The notes under the pieces: generated by a model
The model's database searches: none
What the model was told of the DNA's origin: nothing
What the model saw: the letters and a program-made list of their open reading frames with translations, nothing else
Position numbers and translations under genes: made by a program
Assembly (NCBI GenBank): GCA_051294905.1
Contig: CM119371.1
Coordinates: 25,670,001-25,734,000, forward strand
DNA length: 64,000 nt
Reading direction: 5' to 3'
DNA from: Botryllus schlosseri
Lineage: Eukaryota
Part shown: positions 25,101 through 38,398 of the stretch, piece by piece
How the letters are laid out: every line of letters begins with the position of its first letter
How positions within the stretch are numbered: position 1 is the first letter of the stretch

Positions 25101-28100
25101 TGCTAAATGTAAAATATCGCGAGGTTATACACTCTAAGACTTTGATCATTACAAAAGTAAATTGGAATATGTTTGCTAGATGCATTCAGTTAGAAATGTC
25201 TGGTACACAACAATCGTAATATCAAGGTAGTACTTGCTACACTGTAATTCACTTAACGTGTTTTGCATTGTTGTTCATTTGTAGTATTGATTGTTTTTGA
25301 ACCTCCAAATAATAATTCCCGACATGAAACCAAACCGCTGAAAGTCGTTACCATCACAACGAAACCATTTGTACGATGTTTGCCAAATGTATCCTATAGT
25401 TAGGTGTACTAGAATCACTGGTCCAACACATACACCGACAATGCAATCGAAATTTTCCCCATTGTCATTCGTCAAAGTAAAGGTCGTTACAATACTCAAC
25501 CCATAAAAGATCTTACTTGTATGTGATTGAATCGCAGGTAATTAACCCACTAAATCAAACCATAAGGAAATTTCACTCACTCATCGGATATGAAACAGCG
25601 TCACTTAATCGACGTAGATCGTTTTACTAAATGCAAATCATACCTGACCAACAGAAAACAATTTTCACTCACCTTGTAATGAAACCAAGTGGTGGGCCTT
25701 CGTTCAATATTTTGTCTGTGTCAAATACTTTGTAATAAACACAATGGAGTGGTTGAGCTTTACATCATCAAGCTGTCATTAATAAATCATGATTTCGGTA
25801 AACTTGTAAATGTATCGTTTAACTAACCGAGTTGTATGCAAAGTTTTATATTTTTATCATTTAGTTATTGCTGAACATACCACTTCGAAATACTGCGTTG
25901 ATCTCAATTCCCTTTGTCCTGATAATCACAGTACTTTTGTTTTGAATTCATAACAATTGGCTTTTCTATGACATGATAAATTAGAAGATTTAGAAGATTG
26001 GTTGCATATCACTAAAAATAAGATACCACACATATTATTACTGTCACTCCATTCATCGGTATTTTTTCCGTTGTCGATTTCCAAACGAGTAAAATTTATT
26101 ACTTGAGTTGCTCTGCTTACTATATTAATATGTAAACTCACCCGTCTTTCAACAACAAACAATGTTAAAAAAGTATGCAATCAAACACAACAAGTTTTAC
26201 GATACTAATTATTATCCCACATAACCCATTTCTTACCGAAGACATATTAAATATATTCATGTTACACGAAAATATTCGCTCATGCTACAAACCTGTACAA
26301 TGATTGGTGGTGCTTTCAAACTGTTTCGATACCTCAAGAACTTTATTGTCTGAATGGTTGTTCATGTATCGTAATTATCAAGTAGTTCAACACAGAACTA
26401 GTATTAACAGAAACACCAGAGTTGTTTACACAAAAGTTTGTATGTGTACAGTATGCGAATACCATGTGTAAGTCCAGCACAATTGTGGTATCCATACGAG
26501 TTTAGTTAACACAATTTACGACACCGAGGTCGCCTCATCTTTCGTAAGACAACAAACCAAGGCTTCAGGATATGTCCATGTCATAACAATAAATCAGCTA
26601 CTCCAACAACAGAGTACATATGTTTTCTAGTTACGGTGCTTACATCTTACACACAAATCGACCTACTTTGCTTACGAAAAGCGCTGAGTCATCACATGGT
26701 TATCCTCACAACAATACAACTAAAACATACTATCATACAAATTGGTCGTTATAGTTTGCCCACCAACGATACATCGTACAAGTAGCAAGTCTCGAGAATC
26801 CAGTTATTCAAAAAAACGTGAAAGTGTTTCTACACCAAGTCGGTATGTTGACGAAAGCATATATTGTAATATCATGATCGATTTACATTCGTTGGTCACA
26901 AAATGTCACTACTCTAAATAATTATTTTTCACTCAAAGCCTACTTGTCACCATTCGTTTCATCAAGCACGAGTTCAAGAAACCTGCTACGACATGAATTG
27001 TTATTTTTATGTTGTGTAAATAGGGAATAATTAATTTTAGTAACACTATATCAACATCATCGAGTTGTGCGAATAGATTTACATGTGGTCTTGTGGTTTT
27101 AATCGAAGTATACAGCACGGTCTAATGTAGAGTCATCTCTATTGTACAACAACTCGGTAATCGAAATGCATTAAAATTTAAACAACGATCTTGGTTCGTC
27201 GCACCAAAAAATATGTTTACTATCACGATACTCTACACAGGCCGTGTAAATCCTTTTCACACTCGTAATAGTATACCAACAGCTACCGGCGACAACGTTT
27301 AACAATACCAACGACACTAAACATACGATACCTACCCAAGTAAAATTACCATTTTCACCTGGAGGTCGGTCGTAACCCGAGTAGAAATACCATTATCCTT
27401 TGGAGATTTATCGTTTACCCAGTGTAACAAACCCCTTTTCCTTTGGTAATCTATTTTTCTCTTGGTAACAAACCTTTTTCACTTGGAAATATATTTTTTC
27501 TCTGGTTAACAAACCTTTTTCACTTGGAAATATATTTTTTCTCTGGGTAACAAACCTTTTTCACTTGGAAATATATTTTTTCTCTGGGTAACAAACCTTT
27601 TTCACTTGGAAATATATTTTTTCCCCGGGTAACAAACCTTTTTTCCTGAGCAACAAACCATTTTCACTTGTAAATATATTTTTTCCTGGGTAACAAACCT
27701 TTTTCACTTGGAAATATATTTTTTCCCTGGGTAACAAACCTTTTTCGCTTGGAAATATATTTTTTCCTTGAGCAACAAACCATTTTCACTTGGCGGGTCG
27801 TCGTTTACCTGACTAAAAATATCATTTTCCTTTGGAGATCTGGGGTTTACCCAGTGTAACAATACATTTTCTCTTGGTCATCTAGCTTTTCCTAGAGTAA
27901 CAAAACCATTTTCATTTTGAAATCTGACAAACACACCCGACAATTTGGTGTTTGTTGTATTGACGATAGTTTGAAATAGATTACAACGAACAGTGACGGA
28001 AATATACACGGACTACCGGTTTCAGAGTATACCCCCTTCAGTCGTATCACATCAATATCATCGGTTACCCACATACAATATCCTCTTGTACACCGAAATG

Positions 28101-28657
28101 CATGTTTTGGAAAATTGGACAATAGACTTCCATAGTTCTGTGATGTCCGGGTTCGTGCTTTGGATTTTCCAGAGTCAAAATGTCTGAATAAAACACCTCC
28201 TCGACGATGGTTGGTATGTGGATAACGGGGTTCGGAAGACGGTTGGATTTATGTCACCCATCGCGATAACAATTCCAGGTCGAGTTTTCCTCCCGCATGT
28301 TTACTATATTGTGTCGTTATTGGTCAATGTATGTCTCGACATTCAGTTTGAAATCGGAAACCCTGATAAAGTATGTAACAGGATCCGGATATCAACTCTG
28401 AATCGATAAACCAATGAACAATATTCAAAGTAAACATGTTGCATTCCACGAAAAAATACCATCCAGACATACGTCGCGCTTGTTTGCCCACATCAGTATA
28501 CGCGTAAATGGAGGTGTGTGACATTGCATGTAATGTGTTGGTATACAAACATCGATCCACAGACATTATCATAGCCGGTAGTTTTGATGTAGATCGAATG
28601 TCATCACACCCGATAACAATGTCATACCAATAAGCCACATTGCAATGACTCTGAGTC
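22117..28657 (+). repeat. Left arm of the giant inverted repeat (6541 bp)
   Basis: Reverse complement of 29570-36071; mirrored ORF pairs in the track (22155/35743, 22781/35185, 25275/32688, 25926/32007, 28218/29818). Confidence 0.97.
27425..27795 (+). repeat. ~41-bp tandem minisatellite (taacaaacctttttcacttggaaatatattttttctctggg)
   Basis: About 8-9 units; mirrored at ~30435-30765 and present again at ~63755-64000. Confidence 0.95.
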
Positions 28658-29187
28658 CGCGCTATTACATCGATATTTCGACACCGTTCACTGATTTACT
28701 CGATGGTGTTATCGTGTTGTAACATTACAAGATAGTCATGGCCCTATCTCCGGACAGATCACCCAGATCGCTAGTGACTGGATACATCGGTCAATATCCG
28801 TCGTGTTGTCCGAAGTTTTCTGCTGCAGCGTTTGACCTATGTGAACTATCGAAGTATGGGTGCTCGAAATGATTGCGATCAGTCTTTCAGTCACGATGCA
28901 TGGATGTCGCTACTCCCACATAACGACTCCAGATAAATATCGCGAACAGTGATTCTGCAAATCTCGGACTGATACTGTGATTCAATAAGGTGTGTTTCTG
29001 TGGAATGAAGACTGCAATCGTACACCACAATAGAACACTACCTCGCGATTTCACACGCAATCATAAAACACATCATCGTAAGGATTCAGTTCGTCCGGTG
29101 ACATTTCGAAACGGTCATCGCCACGAGAGATCGGTATCATTTTGAAACGACATCGTCACAAGTCTATTGACGTCGATTCTGTTGGTC

Positions 29188-29469
29188 ATGTCAATCCGTT
29201 TCACAATCCACCGTTTTTCAACTCCCCGCACCATAGTGTTACGACACAGACAAGAAGCGTCGGTGGAAATAATAAAACACGGAAAGCACACTTTGGTGTT
29301 ATTTGACATGGATTTTACACCCGACGAGCCTTACATTCGAGCGATACATTGGAATGACACTTGTATTATTGACGTAGAAGGAGCAGAAATGTATCGATTT
29401 ATTGGTTTCGTACATATCCAACAAAAACCAGGGTATGTGATTGTGCGTGGTTCGCATATTCGACTGTGA
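29188..29469 (+). CDS. Small hypothetical ORF in the unique central spacer
   Basis: ATG-initiated ~93 aa (MSIRFTIHRFSTPRTIV...GSHIRL) with protein-like composition; no family recognised. Confidence 0.3.
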   Translation: MSIRFTIHRFSTPRTIVLRHRQEASVEIIKHGKHTLVLFDMDFTPDEPYIRAIHWNDTCIIDVEGAEMYRFIGFVHIQQKPGYVIVRGSHIRL

Positions 29470-29569
29470 ACGCTCTATTGGTATATGCTGTATAGTTCAC
29501 TTTCACCGTCGTGCGAATAACCCATGTTACGGTTCGATGTTTGTGTGTCTGTATGTCACGCTTCAGATT

Positions 29570-32500
29570 GACTCAGAGTCATTGCAATGTGGCTTATTGG
29601 TATGACATTGTTATCGGGTGTGATGACATTCGATCTACATCAAAACTACCGGCTATGATAATGTCTGTGGATCGATGTTTGTATACCAACACATTACATG
29701 CAATGTCACACATCTCCATTTACGCGTATACTGATGTGGGCAAACAAGCGCGACGTATGTCTGGATGGTATTTTTTCGTGGAATGTAACATGTTTACTTT
29801 GAATATTGTTCATTGGTTTATCGATTCAGAGTTGATATCCGGATCCGGTTACATACTTTATCAGGGTTTCCGATTTCGAACTGAATGTCGAGACATACAC
29901 TGACCAATAACGACACAATATAGTAAACATGCGGGAGGAAAACTCGACCTGGAATTGTTATCGCGATGGGTGACATAAATCCAACCGTCTTCCGAACCCC
30001 GTTATCCACATACCAACCATCGTCGAGGAGGTGTTTTATTCAGACATTTTGACTCTGGAAAATCCAAAGCACGAACCCGGACATCACAGAACTATGGAAG
30101 TCTATTGTCCAATTTTCCAAAACATGCATTTCGGTGTACAAGAGGATATTGTATGTGAGTAACCGATGATATTGATGTGATACGACTGAAGGGGGTATAC
30201 TCTGAAACCGGTAGTCCGTGTATATTTCCATCACTGTTCGTTGTAATCTATTTCAAACTATCGTCAATACAACAAATACCAAATTTTCGGGTGTGTTTGT
30301 CAGATTTCAAAATGAAAATGGTTTTGTTACTCTAGGAAAAGCTAGATGACCAAGAGAAAATGTATTGTTACACTGGGTAAACGCCAGATCTCCAAAGGAA
30401 AATGATATTTTTAGTCAGGTAAACGACGACCCGCCAAGTGAAAATGGTTTGTTGCTCAAGGAAAAAATATATTTCCAAGCGAAAAAGGTTTGTTACCCAG
30501 GGAAAAAATATATTTCCAAGTGAAAAAGGTTTGTTACCCAGGAAAAAATATATTTGCAAGTGAAAATGGTTTGTTGTTCAGGGAAAAAGGTTTGTTACCC
30601 GGGGACAAAAATATATTTCCAAGTGAAAAAGGTTTGTTACCCAGAGAAAAAATATATTTCCAAGTGAAAAAGGTTTGTTACCCGGAGAAAAAATATATTT
30701 CCAAGTGAAAAAGGTTCGTTACCCAGAGAAAAATAGATTACCAAAGGAAAAGGGGTTTGTTACACTGGGTAAACGATAAATCTCCAAAGGATAATGGTAT
30801 TTCTACTCGGGTTACGACCGACCTCCAGGTGAAAATGGTAATTTTACTTGGGTAGGTATCGTATGTTTAGTGTCGTTGGTATTGTTAAACGTTGTCGCCG
30901 GTAGCTGTTGGTATACTATTACGAGTGTGAAAAGGATTTACACGGCCTGTGTAGAGTATCGTGATAGTAAACATATTTTTTGGTGCGACGAACCAAGATC
31001 GTTGTTTAAATTTTAATGCATTTCGATTACCGAGTTGTTGTACAATAGAGATGACTCTACATTAGACCGTGCTGTATACTTCGATTAAAACCACAAGACC
31101 ACATGTAAATCTATTCGCACAACTCGATGATGTTGATAAAGTGTTACTAAAATTAATTATTCCCTATTTACACAACATAAAAATAACAATTCATGTCGTA
31201 GCAGGTTTCTTGAACTCGTGATTGATGAAACGAATGGTGACAAGTAGGCTTTGAGTGAAAAATAATTATTTAGAGTAGTGACATTTTGTGACCAACGAAT
31301 GTAAATCGATCATGATATTACAATATATGCTTTCGTCAACATACCGACTTGGTGTAGAAACACTTTCACGTTTTTTTGAATAACTGGATTCTCGAGACTT
31401 GCTACTTGTACGATGTATCGTTGGTGGGCAAACTATAACGACCAATTTGTATGATAATATATTTTAGTTGTATTGTTGTGAGGATAACCATGTGATGACT
31501 CAGCGCTTTTCGTAAGCAAAGTAGGTCGATTTGTGTGTAAGATGTAAGCACCGTAACTAGAAAACATATGTACTCTGTTGTTGGAGTAGCTGATTTATTG
31601 TTATGACATGGACATATCCTGAAGCCTTGGTTTGTTGTCTTACGAAAGATGAGGCGACCTCGGTGTCGTAAATTGTGTTAACTAAACTCGTATGGATACC
31701 ACAATTGTGCTGGACTTACACATGGTATTCGCATACTGTACACATACAAACTTTTGTGTAAACAACTCTGGTGTTTCTGTTAATACTAGTTCTGTGTTGA
31801 ACTACTTGATAATTACGATACATGAACAACCATTCAGACAATAAAGTTCTTGAGGTATCGAAACAGTTTGAAAGCACCACCAATCATTGTACAGGTTTGT
31901 AGCATGAGCGAATATTTTCGTGTAACATGAATATATTTCATACGTCTTCGGTAAGAAATGAGTTATGTGGGATAATAATTAGTATCGTAAAACTTGTTGT
32001 GTTTGATTGCATACTTTTTTAACATTGTTTGTTGTTGAAAGACGGGTGAGTTTACATTTAAATATAGTAAGCAGAGCAACTCAAGTAATAAATTTTACTC
32101 GTTTGGAAATCGACAACGGAAAAAATACCGATGAATGGAGTAACAGTAATAATATGTGTGGTATCTTATTTTTAGTGATATGCAACCAATCTTCAAAATC
32201 TTCTAATTTATCATGTCATAGAAAAGCCAATTGTTATGAATTCAAAACAAAAGTACTGTGATTATCAGGACAAAGGGAATTGAGATCAACGCAGTATTTC
32301 GAAGTGGTATGTTCAGCAATCACTAAATGATAAAAATATCAAACTGTGCATACAACTCGGTTAGTTAAATGATACATTTACAAGTTTACCGAAATCTTGA
32401 TTTAATAATGACAGCTTGATGATGAAAAGCTCAACCACTCCATTGTGTTTATTACAAAGTATTTGACACAGACAAAATATTGAACGAAGGCCCACCACTT

Positions 32501-35500
32501 GGTTTCATTACAAGGTGAGTGAAAATTGTTTTCTGTTGGTCAGGTATGATTTGCATTTAGTAAAACGATCTACGTCGATTAAGTGACGCTGTTTCATATC
32601 CGATGAGTGAGTGAAATTTCCTTATGGTTTGATTTAGTGGGTTAATTACCTGCGATTCAATCACATACAAGTAAGATCTTTTATGGGTTGAGTATTGTAA
32701 CGACCTTTACTTTGACGAATGACAATGGGGAAATTTTCGATTGCATTGTCGGTGTATGTGTTGGACCAGTGATTCTAGTACACCTAACTATAGGATACAT
32801 TTGGCAAACATCGTACAAATGGTTTCGTTGTGATGGTAACGACTTTCAGCGGTTTGGTTTCATGTCGGGAATTATTATTTGGAGGTTCAAAAACAATCAA
32901 TACTACAAATGAACAACAATGCAAAATACGTTAAGTGAATTACAGTGTAGCAAGTACTCCCTTGATATTACGATTGTTGTGTACCAGACATTTCTAACTG
33001 AATGCATCTAGCAAACATATACCAATTTACTTTTGTAATGATCAAAGTCTTAGAGTGTATAACCTCGCGATATTTTACATTTAGCACGCACAATGGGGAG
33101 TTACTGAAATGATCAAGAATTGATTGCTAGCTTCGAACGGTACTCGATACTCAAAGTGATATTTTCACACTCTGTAAAGTGCATATGTTTCAATTCTCTG
33201 TCGCAAATTCCGACAATAAATCGTTGGATTCAATGGTAACGATATTTTGATATACTGATTCTACACTTAGTCGTTTCAATTACCCGTTGGGAATCGGGAT
33301 AATAAAGCATTTTGTATCGGATGTTCAATGTATGAATACTGGAATTATTACATCTCTAGTGCTGTTTATCGCAAACGATAGATTTTAATAATTGTACTGA
33401 TTGTTGAATGTAATAATACCGATATTGCTGTTTCATCTTTAGTCTTGGTTACTGGAAACAATTACATTTGTAAAATATTTCCTGATATCGCGATACGCAG
33501 AGTGATTTTTACCAAGGTGGAGTAATCTTCCCAATCAAAACATTTCAGACACACATAGTTTACAGCTTAATATGTTAATAACATTGGTACTGAAAAGTTT
33601 GTTGCTGTCATAACATTTACCACAACGCCGGGTTTAATTAACGCAAATAATTTAATAATAAAGTAATGATCAATGTGTCAATCCTTATGTTTACATCATG
33701 ATAATTTTTGATATAACACCTGTGTTCGTTTGTAAGAAACTACGATGGTCAGACTGTCAAATCTCGCATACTCAAACATATTATGTTAATCTCAAGTCGC
33801 CGACACTGAGAAGTAATTACTTTTGTCTTTCAAAATATACCGAGTAGTAATTAGTTTGTCTTGCAGAATATACCGCGTAGTAATTCCTTTATCTTACAGA
33901 ATAGTAACGACTTTTCAAGTTGAATAAAAAAGACGCGTAGGGATATGAATACAACCAAGCTTGTTATGGATTTTAGGTTTTAGTGATTGTATGGATTCGT
34001 GTATGTTTGGTTGTTTTTCGTATTGATACTGTTTGAGTTGGTCGGTTAACGGATTTACTTGACAATGTTTTCGTGGTTGATTCTTTGAATATGGTAAGAT
34101 GGTAAGATGTCGAGACGTAATACTATTTCGTTAACTCAATTACAACAAAACATAACCAGCATTCAAGTAATCCGTAAGCTACGAGTGGATTTAAAACTTG
34201 ATGCTGTTTTGTGGTTAACTCAAGTCAGTGGTCATATTTGTGTTGATTTCAGGAATGATCATGACGAGTTGGTCGGGTAAATTAGTGGTAGTAACTATGA
34301 CCGTACAGAGTTGCTGACATTCAAACATCTTTTACGCTGTAATATACGTATTTTATTGTAATAAATTATTTCTCGGTTATTGTTCAGACATTCAAATCTC
34401 GTATACTCGAAATATAATATGTTTATGTCAAGTCATTTATGTGTCGATTAGTAAATAGCTTACATTGTCTTCAGAATAGTAACGACCTTTACAATTGAAT
34501 AAAAACGACCGATCATACGAATACAACCAGGATGAATTAATTCAAATTTGTGAGTTGCAGTGATATAATCAAGTAAGTGAAAACTAGATTTTGAATACTT
34601 GTTAATGTTGTAAATAATTCTTTTGAGTATGGTAAGATGTTAAAATGTCGCTTTGACAAACGAAAAGTCGGATCGCGAATAGAGTTGCAATGTTCCATTA
34701 CTTGTTTCAAATCAATATGCGTATAATATCAATATGGGACTGTGGAAAGTTGATAGTCATGTTTGTCAATCCTATTTCAATTCACACAACACCAAAGTCA
34801 AAATATTTCGTTTCGGATTATCTCAATTTGCCTATAGAACATCTCGCGAATGGATTCCGACCCGTGCTATAACTAGATCGCTATGTCTGATGCATTATCC
34901 TGTCAGCGACGTAGGGTTTTACAATTATTTCACACCTTTTCGAATAAGCGTCAACTTCGCAAAGGATTAGGGCGGGATCAGAAATAAGTGAGAATTTGTC
35001 GGTATTCGAAACACCGTCTACGCCGGCTCTGTTATTCGTTAATTATTAAATTTTACCAGTGAAATCCGGTTCTGTGACAAACTAAGTACCAAAATAGTAT
35101 CTTGTGAGTGATTGGAATGTATGTAACAGCAAGTCGCGAAAGATGGTTATGTCCGAGACAATATCTTGTTAGCGATCGCGGGGTTTGCAACCTATTTCAC
35201 ACCTTTTTGAAGTGTTAGTTTGTGAACGCGGCTATTGTTGGTATCACCATCTATGCCGGTTATGTGACAAACTTATTACCAAAATATTACTTGTGCGTGA
35301 TTCCTATCTTTGTAACATCAAACCACGAGAGATGACTATTCTGATGTGCTATCTTGTGAGTGTTCGTAGGAAATATTTCACACCTTTTTGGAGTGTTGGT
35401 ATGTGAACGCGGCTATTGTTGGTATTCGAATCACCGTCTACGCCGGCTCTGTGGTAAACTAAATAGCAAAACATTACCATGCGACTGATTCGAAAATTGC

Positions 35501-36071
35501 GCTATCGCGGTGAAGTCACGACTGTGAACAGCAGACTAATCTATAGGTGCGAAACAGCGGTACGGAAGGTGCGAATAATCCGAACTGAAAGTATTATCCA
35601 GCTAGCAATCAATAGCGAGGAAAGACTTAGAACACGATCGGTCATTTGTCACGACTAAACTACATCATATATAATAATTTACGATATACACATTAACAAA
35701 GGTTCATTCACATGACTATTTACTTGATACATATTCATCACCGTGCGAGAGATGCCTGAAAGGGCGATTCACGGCCGCACCCATAAGAACACATGGCGAG
35801 TCACCAGAGACCGCGTAAGAATACACGACAGGCGAATCACCGCCACCGCCTATAGCAAAAAAGGCGAGTCACGACCCCGAGTTTTCACGGCGAATGACCG
35901 CCACGAGCTATACCTGAAAGGGCGAATCACGGCCGCACCCATAAGAACACATGGCGACTCACCGCCGAGAGGGGGGTCTAAAAAGGCGAGTCACCACCCC
36001 CGGTTTTCAGGCGAGTCACCACCCCGCCCATAAGAACCCCAGGCAAATCACGACCGATCTACATAACTACT
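29570..36071 (-). repeat. Right arm of the giant inverted repeat (6502 bp)
   Basis: As for the left arm, with scattered substitutions and one fewer ~41-bp unit. Confidence 0.97.
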
Positions 36072-36226
36072 GTTAGTGTGGAAGGTAATATTGAAAAATG
36101 TATATGTCGATCCATATTTATCTTACACCCCCTAAAACGTAAATTATTTGTCACAGACCTTATAACTCACGTAGGTCGAAGTTTTTTGCATGCGAGGAAA
36201 GATTCAGCCAGCATGCCATTGTATAC

Positions 36227-37345
36227 TAGGGCTGCCATACGTACGGAATTTCCTCTGTGACATGTCCGAAACTTCACTGTTCAAACTAGCGTTCGGGAGG
36301 AATTTCTAAAATATGGCAAATGTCCGGAATTTTGAAGACTTGACGTAGGCTCATAATTTTTTTCGTCAATCAGCGTAAAAACAATAATTTTTGGGAATAT
36401 TTATGCTGATGCATGATTTTTTTTCGCGCTGCGCGCGATTTGCCATCGCATTTATTGATTTTCATTTGTCGATCCTCGCAGAAAACTGCAATAAAATATA
36501 CATAGAAACAACCTTAATTTACTGGAATAAGCCTAATTGTAATCGCGATTATAGGAGAACGGTATATTCCTAGAGATCGTTAAGGCCGCTTAAATGCTTT
36601 ATTCAAAGATAGTGGTTCCAAACGAAGGGTCGGTTACCTTTGTTCTAGGGTTTGCGAATATGTTGAAGTTAATCAGCCTCCCAAATAGCCCGTGAGTAAA
36701 TGTGAGCAAAGGTGCTGACTTCTTTTAGTAATCAGCTCGTCAAATTTTGATCTGAGCCACGGAACATATTCAAATTGGAGATGGAGTAGCGACCATAAAA
36801 CGTTGGAAACCACTGGATGCGGGGTGTTTATAAATCTCCGTGGTGCGCGCCGGCATAAGGTTGATAAACAATCTTATCGCTAGAACATAAACATGACGTA
36901 ACGATGTGCAATTACGGTCCCCGTATTTTCGAACTGTTCATTCTCCACGAGCTCTACCGCTAACTCCAATCATGTGGGCGGAGAGTAGTATTTAAATAGT
37001 AATATATGGAACAACCAATAATATTGACAGAATTCATTCAAATATTTTAACGACCAGGTGGATATAAAAACCAGATTCCTACAGCAAGCACCCCCGCCCA
37101 GAAGTTTCATCGTTTACCCTATAGTGTTGGCTTAACATCACTGTTTATTTTGGCGGAAGGGGCTGAAAACATGTGCTTTCGGTCCCGGTTGCACAACACA
37201 CAGCCACATACTCCTGAACCGGATCGTGACCACCTCTGGTCTATGAGCAAAGCTTTTCTACTGTGACGTCATAACTCATTTTGAAATCCAATAATGGGCG
37301 CTAAAGAGTGTCCGGAATTTGGGTTGCAGAAATATGGCAACCCTA
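36227..37345. mobile_element. hAT non-autonomous element with a nested MITE (~36611-36815)
   Basis: TIR tagggctgccata / tatggcaacccta; TSD ttgtatac / ttgtagac. Confidence 0.8.
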
Positions 37346-38137
37346 TTGTAGACAAAGTTGCGTACTGTAATCATGGGATTATCACATATCATTTTTCAAG
37401 TATTTTCGGTCCCAGTGTCTCATCGGTCCCAAATCTCCCCTACACCCTCGTTTGATTGCGCGGGTAGTTTTATAATAAAGCACACAGCGTCATGTATATG
37501 AAGGAACTTACCGGTTTGTAATATGTTTTTCCAGAACGACCCTACAATGGGCGTTGTCCCTGAAGCACGTCTGAGCAGAATGCATATATCCACACGTAAA
37601 ATCAGTAACTCCTTTCCCTGAAAACGAAACTGTCATCTGGAAAACTCAGACAGCCCCTGCTCACTGTTTATCGATGTAGGCCTACTGATGCTTTAGCCAC
37701 TAATGTTTCGTGGTTTTACATACCACTAAATCGTAAACCCGAAAGACGATATAAACCGAGCTGAAACGGTTTAACCATTATATAAGGCAGGGGCGGGGAA
37801 CTTCACCAGTTGGCGGATATGACATGAGAAAATGAAATACAAAAAGTTTGATGGTCATATTTCTTAGGTTGGCCACATGATCATGTAAGACCGGGATCTG
37901 TCTGTGGGCCATATGTTGACCGCCCCTTATATAATGGTTTCTAAAACCTTTTTTTATACCTTCGACCCCTAAATTTTATTTCCAGCCTCCGCGTTTCCCG
38001 AAGCCAAAATATCATCAGAACTAATTCATGAAACATGGTCTATCTATTAGTATTGTTACGTTCGATGATTCAAGTAAGCTATTATCCAAGACTATTCAAT
38101 AGTAACGGTATAGTATAGCTCATAATATCTGCCTAAC

Positions 38138-38398
38138 TGATATGTTCTTGATCTAGCTCTTGCTTAAACAATAACTCATACGACGAGGTTACAATATGAA
38201 ATCAGTATATTCTACAGCAGAATAACTTTAGGACAGGCGACACCATCCAGAGTTCACTTAAACGAAAGACGAGTAGACAACAGAACACAGGATATAAATA
38301 CGAAGCACAACACACGAGGAAATAATGATTGGCGGTAATTATTAATCCTAGACAAATAAGAAACAAACGATACCAACGTAAAATGCACGAACATAACA
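38138..38398 (-). repeat. 3' LTR
   Basis: Direct repeat of 43977-44231; adjoins the polypurine tract at 38399-38412. Confidence 0.9.

Larger units (their letters stand above)
22117..36071. mobile_element. Non-autonomous Polinton/Maverick-type element, almost wholly palindromic
   Basis: Termini AGTAGTTATGTAGATCGG / CCGATCTACATAACTACT; perfect 6-bp TSD gttagt (22111-22116, 36072-36077); the interrupted host repeat resumes on the far side; no pPolB, integrase, ATPase or capsid ORFs. Confidence 0.85.

Noticed and set aside
27425..27795. CRISPR array
   Set aside because: Units are contiguous with no unique spacers, there are no cas genes and the context is eukaryotic; it is a minisatellite (same for ~30435-30765 and ~63755-64000).
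22155..35406. Mirrored 60-100 aa ORFs in the arms as real genes
   Set aside because: They recur only because of the inverted duplication; the one checked in element 2 has a stop codon.
22117..36071. Assembly or foldback-read artefact
   Set aside because: Arms differ by substitutions and a repeat unit, the spacer is unique, the TSD is perfect and the host repeat resumes. Judged unlikely, but reads are needed to exclude it.
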